Shown here piece after piece: positions 58,880-64,000 of a stretch of 64,000 nucleotides of DNA. The notes beneath the pieces were generated by a model, which saw only the letters and a program-made list of their open reading frames with translations, did not search any database and was not told the DNA's origin. The DNA lies in the IMG/VR virus record IMGVR_UViG_3300017706_000970, positions 24,996 to 88,995 of that record. The stretch is one strand, 5' to 3'. Position numbers and translations under genes: made by a program. The first letter of the stretch is position 1; every line of letters begins with the position of its first letter. The DNA is from a virus.

Positions 58880-61569
58880 TGGCAAGTATAACTGGAGGAG
58901 TACCATTAGGTGGATTTATTTCGCCGACAGATTCGGCGGATACTTTCCCCGTGACGAACCCAACTTTTGGTTTGGGTGGTTTGCGTAATGTTGGATCAAC
59001 TGCGGACAGAGATGCAATTCCTGCCGATCGCCGCGAACAGGGTATGTTGGTTTTTGTTGAAAATGAATTAAAGTATTACTCCTTGAGTGGTGGTACAGGT
59101 AATAGTAATTGGGAAATATTCAGTTCGGGTGCCGGTGCCGGTGTTACTGGTCCTACTGGTGCCGATGGTTCCGCAGGTGTAACTGGTCCAACTGGAGCCA
59201 CGGGTGAACAAGTAACGGCAAAAACCTATGATGTAACTGTCGTCAACGCGGGTGGAAACAAATACTTTATCGACACTGTTCAACAAGATACGATTTATCT
59301 TCTCCGTGGTCAGAAATATATTTTCTCACTTGCAGGAAGTGTAAGTGGACATCCATTCCACCTACAAACCACCGACAATGGTGGTGCCTACGATTCTGGT
59401 AATCTATACACCACGGGAGTTGTAAATGCGGGAGCAGATAGTGGCGATATAACATTTACTGTTCCTTATAATGCACCTGATACTCTATATTACAGATGTC
59501 AATACCACAGTGGTATGGGTGGTGAAGTAACAATCAAGAACCTCACACCTAATGATCTAGAAGGTCCGACCGGACCCACTGGTGCTGATGGTTCTGATGG
59601 TGTTACTGGGCCCACTGGTGCTGATGGTTCTGATGGTGTTACTGGGCCCACTGGCGCCGATTCTACCGTTGCAGGCCCGGCCGGTGTAACTGGTCCTACT
59701 GGCCCTGCTGGACAGGATGGTGCAGGTGGTGGTGGTGCAACTCTTGCCGCTGGTGCTGGTCTTGACTTATCGTCAATCGTTGCGGGTGTTGGTCATACTC
59801 TAGGTATAGATCCAACCGCCGTAGTTCATGTCGCTGGTATTTCTGCTGATGGTGGTATTACTGCCGATGGTACTATTGCAACTGATAATTTCCGTGGAGT
59901 CAATTCTGCAACAGTTATAGAAATGGATCGAGGAGGCGCGGGATCGGGAACAATTGGGCTTAATCCCGGTGGTAACTTTGCTGCTCAGTTTACCCCAACT
60001 AGTTTTTATCATGGGGGTAATTTAACGAATGAAGGAACGGGACTTTTTAATCAACTGTTAACTGCTACTAACGGCATTAAAGCAAACGGTCTTATTCATA
60101 CCGTAGCAGGTATCTCTATGGATGCCGCTGGTATCACCTTCCCTGATGGAACTTATCAAGATACTGCATCCTCTGGTGTAGGAGGCGGAACTGGTCCCAC
60201 TGGTCCTACTGGTGCCGATGGTTCTGATGGTACTTCCGTTGGTTATACCGCAGGAAATACCGCACCATCTGGTTCAAATACAGGAGACTTCTGGTATGAG
60301 AACGACAGTGGATTATACTACGCAAATGTGTTCGACGGATCTACTTTGGCTTGGTTGCAAATTAGTGGTCGCCCCGGAACTGCTGGTGTCACTGGACCTG
60401 CTGGACAGGATGGTGCAGGTGGTGGAGGTGCAACACTTGCTGCTGGTGATGGTCTTACATTATCACCAGTTGTTGCTGGTGTTGGTTATACTCTAGGTAT
60501 AGATCCAACCGCCGTGGTTCATGTCGCTGGTATCTCAATGGATACTGGTGGTATCACCTTCCCTGATGGAACCTTCCAGTCAACTGCTGGTGGTGGTGGC
60601 GGAACTGGACCCACTGGTCCTACTGGTCCTCAAGGTGATGACGGAGCGACTGGATCAGTAGACTTATCTTATACTGGTGGGGTTCCTGCCGGGGCATCTG
60701 CTGGTGATTTGTGGTTTGATTCAAATGCCGGTGTGTTCTCCGTTTATATTGATGATGGTGACTCACAACAATGGGTAGAATTAGCAGGTAAACAAGGTGT
60801 TACGGGTCCAACTGGTGATGCTGGATCTGGTGGTGGTGCTGGTACTACTCTTGCCGCTGGTGCTGGTATGACATTATCAGCAGCCGTTGCTGGTGTAGGA
60901 CATACTCTAGGTATTGATCCAACCGCCGTGATCCATGTCGCTGGTATCTCTAGTGATGGTGGTATTACTCTTGGTGGTGAGATTCGATCTAGCAACGGTA
61001 AGTTTTATAATACCGCTGCTGATACAGGTATTGATGTAAGTAGCACAAGTCAGGCAAATATTCGTGTCGGCGGTTCTGCTAGATTAAGTCTCAGTTCATC
61101 TGTAGTAAGTACGCCTGTCAGATTTATTGGCGAAAATATTATCGAAGCAAGAGGAATAATTGAAGCAGAAGCGGGTATCTCACTGGATGTTGGTATCACC
61201 TTCGCTGATGGAACCTTCCAGTCAACTGCTGCTAGTGGATCTGGATCTGGTGGTGGACTCACTGGAAGTCTTTCATACAATGGACTTCTAGAGTTCCCGA
61301 CAAACAAGACATACAGACTCGACAGATATACAGTTGAAGCAAGAACATTTAACTTCTTGTATGTTGACTGTGCAACTGGAGGATGTAGTGCCGATTTCTA
61401 TGCCGCTGGATCTACACTTTCAAATACTCTGAATGTCACACCCAGTGGAGCAAGTGCCAGTTTTGCAACTGTTGTTCCTGCGGGATCGACATTCTCTCTT
61501 GTTGTTACTGGAATAACTAGTGGAAATCTGATTCAGGACTTTGGATTTGTAGCAGGATATACGCAATGA
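58879..61569 (+). CDS. modular collagen-like fibre protein with cupredoxin-like domain
   Basis: GPTG/GVTG tracts, three LAAG.GL.L...GIDPTAV.HVAGIS modules, GITFPDGT.Q.T modules, GD.W modules, HPF...YYRCQYHSGM. Confidence 0.75.
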   Translation: MASITGGVPLGGFISPTDSADTFPVTNPTFGLGGLRNVGSTADRDAIPADRREQGMLVFVENELKYYSLSGGTGNSNWEIFSSGAGAGVTGPTGADGSAGVTGPTGATGEQVTAKTYDVTVVNAGGNKYFIDTVQQDTIYLLRGQKYIFSLAGSVSGHPFHLQTTDNGGAYDSGNLYTTGVVNAGADSGDITFTVPYNAPDTLYYRCQYHSGMGGEVTIKNLTPNDLEGPTGPTGADGSDGVTGPTGADGSDGVTGPTGADSTVAGPAGVTGPTGPAGQDGAGGGGATLAAGAGLDLSSIVAGVGHTLGIDPTAVVHVAGISADGGITADGTIATDNFRGVNSATVIEMDRGGAGSGTIGLNPGGNFAAQFTPTSFYHGGNLTNEGTGLFNQLLTATNGIKANGLIHTVAGISMDAAGITFPDGTYQDTASSGVGGGTGPTGPTGADGSDGTSVGYTAGNTAPSGSNTGDFWYENDSGLYYANVFDGSTLAWLQISGRPGTAGVTGPAGQDGAGGGGATLAAGDGLTLSPVVAGVGYTLGIDPTAVVHVAGISMDTGGITFPDGTFQSTAGGGGGTGPTGPTGPQGDDGATGSVDLSYTGGVPAGASAGDLWFDSNAGVFSVYIDDGDSQQWVELAGKQGVTGPTGDAGSGGGAGTTLAAGAGMTLSAAVAGVGHTLGIDPTAVIHVAGISSDGGITLGGEIRSSNGKFYNTAADTGIDVSSTSQANIRVGGSARLSLSSSVVSTPVRFIGENIIEARGIIEAEAGISLDVGITFADGTFQSTAASGSGSGGGLTGSLSYNGLLEFPTNKTYRLDRYTVEARTFNFLYVDCATGGCSADFYAAGSTLSNTLNVTPSGASASFATVVPAGSTFSLVVTGITSGNLIQDFGFVAGYTQ
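59575..59654 (+). repeat. 36-bp tandem repeat (2 exact copies plus a partial) encoding PTGADGSDGVTG
   Basis: CCCACTGGTGCTGATGGTTCTGATGGTGTTACTGGG at 59575 and 59611. Confidence 0.9.
60241..60369 (+). repeat. 129-bp module shared with 63297..63425
   Basis: Encodes GYTAGNTAPSGSNTGDFWYEND(S/T)GLYYA.VFDG.TL.WLQISG in two different genes. Confidence 0.85.
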
Positions 61570-63011
61570 TTTTAAATACAAGTGGTGTTGTTAGAGATTC
61601 TGATCTTACATTTTATTTTGATCCGTCGATTGCTGGTTCGCAGTTTAACGGATCTGCATTATATGATTTGAGTGGAAATAATCATCATGGATCCTCTGCT
61701 GATGGAAGTCCTTCTGTGTCGAGTGATTTTGGTGGAATACTTGTAACTGATGGTGATACGGATCAATTAAAAGTAGAACATAGTGTATGCGATAATTTAA
61801 ATTCTAATTTTTCCGTTTTTACTTTTGTAAGATATCATAGTCTAAGCAACGCACATAGTTATCCAACGCTTCAATATATTCAAGTAGGTCCAATTAATGG
61901 TTCCGCTTCTATTTCCTTGGGGGAACGAAGCAATAAACATATGGCATGGAGATATGGTACATCAAGTGGTGTTTCGACTACTATAGACATAGAAATAGAT
62001 CGGTGGTACTCTGTGGCCTATACACATGACGGAACAAATCATAGAATGTATATTGACGGTATATTGGCGGGAACAAGCACACTTTCTGCACAAAACTCAA
62101 CCGATACTAAACTTTTATTTTCTGGTTGGAGAACACCAACATCAGGAATGTCCTCTTACAAAGAAAATTTTCCCGGAGATATGGGCCCGCTTTTGGTATA
62201 TAATAGAACCCTATCTGATGATGAAGTCTTGCAAAACTTTCGTGGCATGGCACCGAGATATGGTTTACTTTATTATGACATTGTTACTGATGATTTGCTT
62301 TTTAATATTGACAGTTTTTATCCACCATCATATGGTGGATCTGGAACAGTGTTGACTGACACAGTTAAAGGACTTACTGTGGATTTTTCTGATGCCTCTG
62401 CGTCTGGTTATGATATTGATAACGCAGTGAATGGTTGGTATTTTAACGGTGATCCTTGTCAGTATGTGAATCAAAATAGTTCAGATTTTGAATTTCAGTA
62501 TGGTGATCCATTCTCTGTTGAAGTATGGACTTACATGGATGAAAACACAAATACTGGTTATCTTGTAAGTAATAGACAAACTGACGCTTCTGGTGTTCAG
62601 TACTCTGGATGGGCATTAATACAAAGTGGAGGAAAGATCAGGGGTGCTATTGGTGGATATCCATCAAATTCATTAGACTGGAGAAACGCCGACATCTCGA
62701 CTTCAGATTTTACTAATTATGTGTATCAAAAATGGTGCCATATTGTTTGGTCAAGTGATGGAACGACTAGTGGCACAAAACTATATATCAATGGGGTAGA
62801 TAGAACAGATAATGTTTCTGATGATGCAACACCACCACATACAATAAACTATGACGGTGATTTTAAATTAGGATTTGCTGCTGATTCGGTCGATGGAACT
62901 TCTCACCCAGTTGCTGCTAATATATCTGCGTGCAGGATATACAACAAGAGTCTCTCTTCGGCCGAAGTCAATCGCAACTTCAATGCAGTTAGAAATTATT
63001 ACGGTTTATAA
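61566..63011 (+). CDS. tandem LamG/ConA-like lectin domain protein
   Basis: Two units each with L....D, W..V..T/S.DG, MYIDG/LYING, YNR.LS..EV.QNF / YNKSLS..EV.RNF. Confidence 0.8.
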   Translation: MILNTSGVVRDSDLTFYFDPSIAGSQFNGSALYDLSGNNHHGSSADGSPSVSSDFGGILVTDGDTDQLKVEHSVCDNLNSNFSVFTFVRYHSLSNAHSYPTLQYIQVGPINGSASISLGERSNKHMAWRYGTSSGVSTTIDIEIDRWYSVAYTHDGTNHRMYIDGILAGTSTLSAQNSTDTKLLFSGWRTPTSGMSSYKENFPGDMGPLLVYNRTLSDDEVLQNFRGMAPRYGLLYYDIVTDDLLFNIDSFYPPSYGGSGTVLTDTVKGLTVDFSDASASGYDIDNAVNGWYFNGDPCQYVNQNSSDFEFQYGDPFSVEVWTYMDENTNTGYLVSNRQTDASGVQYSGWALIQSGGKIRGAIGGYPSNSLDWRNADISTSDFTNYVYQKWCHIVWSSDGTTSGTKLYINGVDRTDNVSDDATPPHTINYDGDFKLGFAADSVDGTSHPVAANISACRIYNKSLSSAEVNRNFNAVRNYYGL

Positions 63012-63016
63012 TGGGA

Positions 63017-63024
63017 TATAAATA
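63017..63024 (+). promoter_or_regulatory. T4-type late promoter TATAAATA
   Basis: Exact match, 5 nt before ATG 63030. Confidence 0.8.
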
Positions 63025-63029
63025 CTAGT

Positions 63030-64000
63030 ATGACACAGTTTCCAAATAGTCCATCAGTTGGCGATAAAGTAACTTTCAATAATGCTACCTACGAATGGGA
63101 TGGCAATCGTTGGAAGTCTCTTGGTACTGTTGCAGTTGGTCCTACTGGTGCTGATGGTGTTACTGGACCCACTGGTGCAGACTCTACGGTTGTTGGTCCT
63201 ACTGGGCCTACTGGTGCTGATGGTTCTGCTGGTTCCGCCGGTGTAACTGGTCCTACTGGTCCTATTGGTGCCGATGGTTCTGCTGGAACATCTGTGGGTT
63301 ACACCGCAGGAAATACCGCACCATCTGGTTCAAATACCGGAGACTTCTGGTATGAAAATGATACTGGATTGTACTATGCATATGTATTTGACGGAACTAC
63401 TTTAGGTTGGTTGCAGATTTCTGGTATTGATGGCGTTACTGGTCCTACTGGATCTGCTGGATCTGGTGGTGGAGGTGGTGCTACTTACTATGGTGGTGAT
63501 GGTATTACACTCTCCTCTGGTAATACATTCTCCATAGACTCAAATGCAATCATCCATGTCGCTGGTGTTTCGAGTGATGGTGGAATTACCCTCGGCGGTG
63601 AATATTTGCGGTGGAGCAGTAACGATTCCATCCGTAGTTCTGGTGGTGTTTTCAGGTTCTATGCTAGTGGAACCAATGTCCTGAACATGACACCTTCATT
63701 GCTGGACATGAAGAAGGCTATTAATGTAGAAGGTCTTGCACACTTTGAAGCGGGCATCTCAATGGATGCAGGTGGTATCACCTTCCCTGATGGAACCTTC
63801 CAATCAACTGCATCCAGTGGAATTGCTGGTATAACTGGTCCTACTGGTGAAGCTGGTACTAACGGAACCAACGGCACTAATGGAACTAACGGTGTCACTG
63901 GTCCTACTGGTGAAGCTGGTACAAATGGAACCAACGGCACTAATGGAACTAACGGTGTCACTGGTCCTACTGGTGAAGCTGGTACAAATGGAACCAACGG
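63030..64000 (+). CDS. collagen-like fibre protein, 3'-truncated by window end (absent from ORF track)
   Basis: MTQFPNSPSVGDKVTFNNATYEWDGNRWKSLG followed by GPTG repeats and modules shared with 58879..61569. Confidence 0.8.
   Translation, partial: MTQFPNSPSVGDKVTFNNATYEWDGNRWKSLGTVAVGPTGADGVTGPTGADSTVVGPTGPTGADGSAGSAGVTGPTGPIGADGSAGTSVGYTAGNTAPSGSNTGDFWYENDTGLYYAYVFDGTTLGWLQISGIDGVTGPTGSAGSGGGGGATYYGGDGITLSSGNTFSIDSNAIIHVAGVSSDGGITLGGEYLRWSSNDSIRSSGGVFRFYASGTNVLNMTPSLLDMKKAINVEGLAHFEAGISMDAGGITFPDGTFQSTASSGIAGITGPTGEAGTNGTNGTNGTNGVTGPTGEAGTNGTNGTNGTNGVTGPTGEAGTNGTN
63834..64000 (+). repeat. 63-bp tandem repeat encoding TGPTGEAGTNGTNGTNGTNGV
   Basis: Units begin at 63834, 63897 and 63960; runs off the window. 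Confidence 0.9.

Noticed and set aside
60241-63425. Near-identical repeat pair as a possible DGR template/variable repeat
   Set aside because: Both copies are in-frame coding; differences are largely synonymous and not confined to adenines; no reverse transcriptase in the window
317-63997. Numerous short minus-strand ORFs in the track
   Set aside because: All lie antisense to well-supported plus-strand genes and lack motifs
63834-64000. Tandem repeats as a possible CRISPR array
   Set aside because: No unique spacers; unit length is a multiple of 3 and encodes collagen triplets
1-64000. Stop-codon reassignment or tRNA genes
   Set aside because: Core genes are intact in the standard code and use TAA, TAG and TGA as stops; intergenic gaps are short and show no cloverleaf

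Overview
This window is part of a large T4-like (myovirus-type) bacteriophage genome, and essentially all real genes are on the + strand. Order: baseplate and fibre genes (gp8, VrlC/DUF4815-like, PAAR); neck, packaging, tail and head genes (gp13-gp23, gp3) with a 3-gene insertion after the portal; recombination, late-transcription and replication genes (uvsY, uvsW, gp55, gp47, gp46, rnh, gp45, gp44, gp62, regA); a ~12.8-kb cluster of glycosyltransferases and nucleotide-sugar enzymes (43650-56455); then modular collagen-like (G-X-T) fibre genes and a double LamG protein. T4-type late promoters (TATAAATA and variants) and two consensus sigma70 promoters are visible. The most interesting signal is a probable virion-glycosylation system. 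The sugar cluster ends in a GT2-TPR glycosyltransferase next to Thr-rich collagen fibres, and G-x-[T/S] motifs recur in many surface-exposed virion proteins but appear rare in replication and lumenal proteins. All assignments come from motif recognition by eye; no searches were run.
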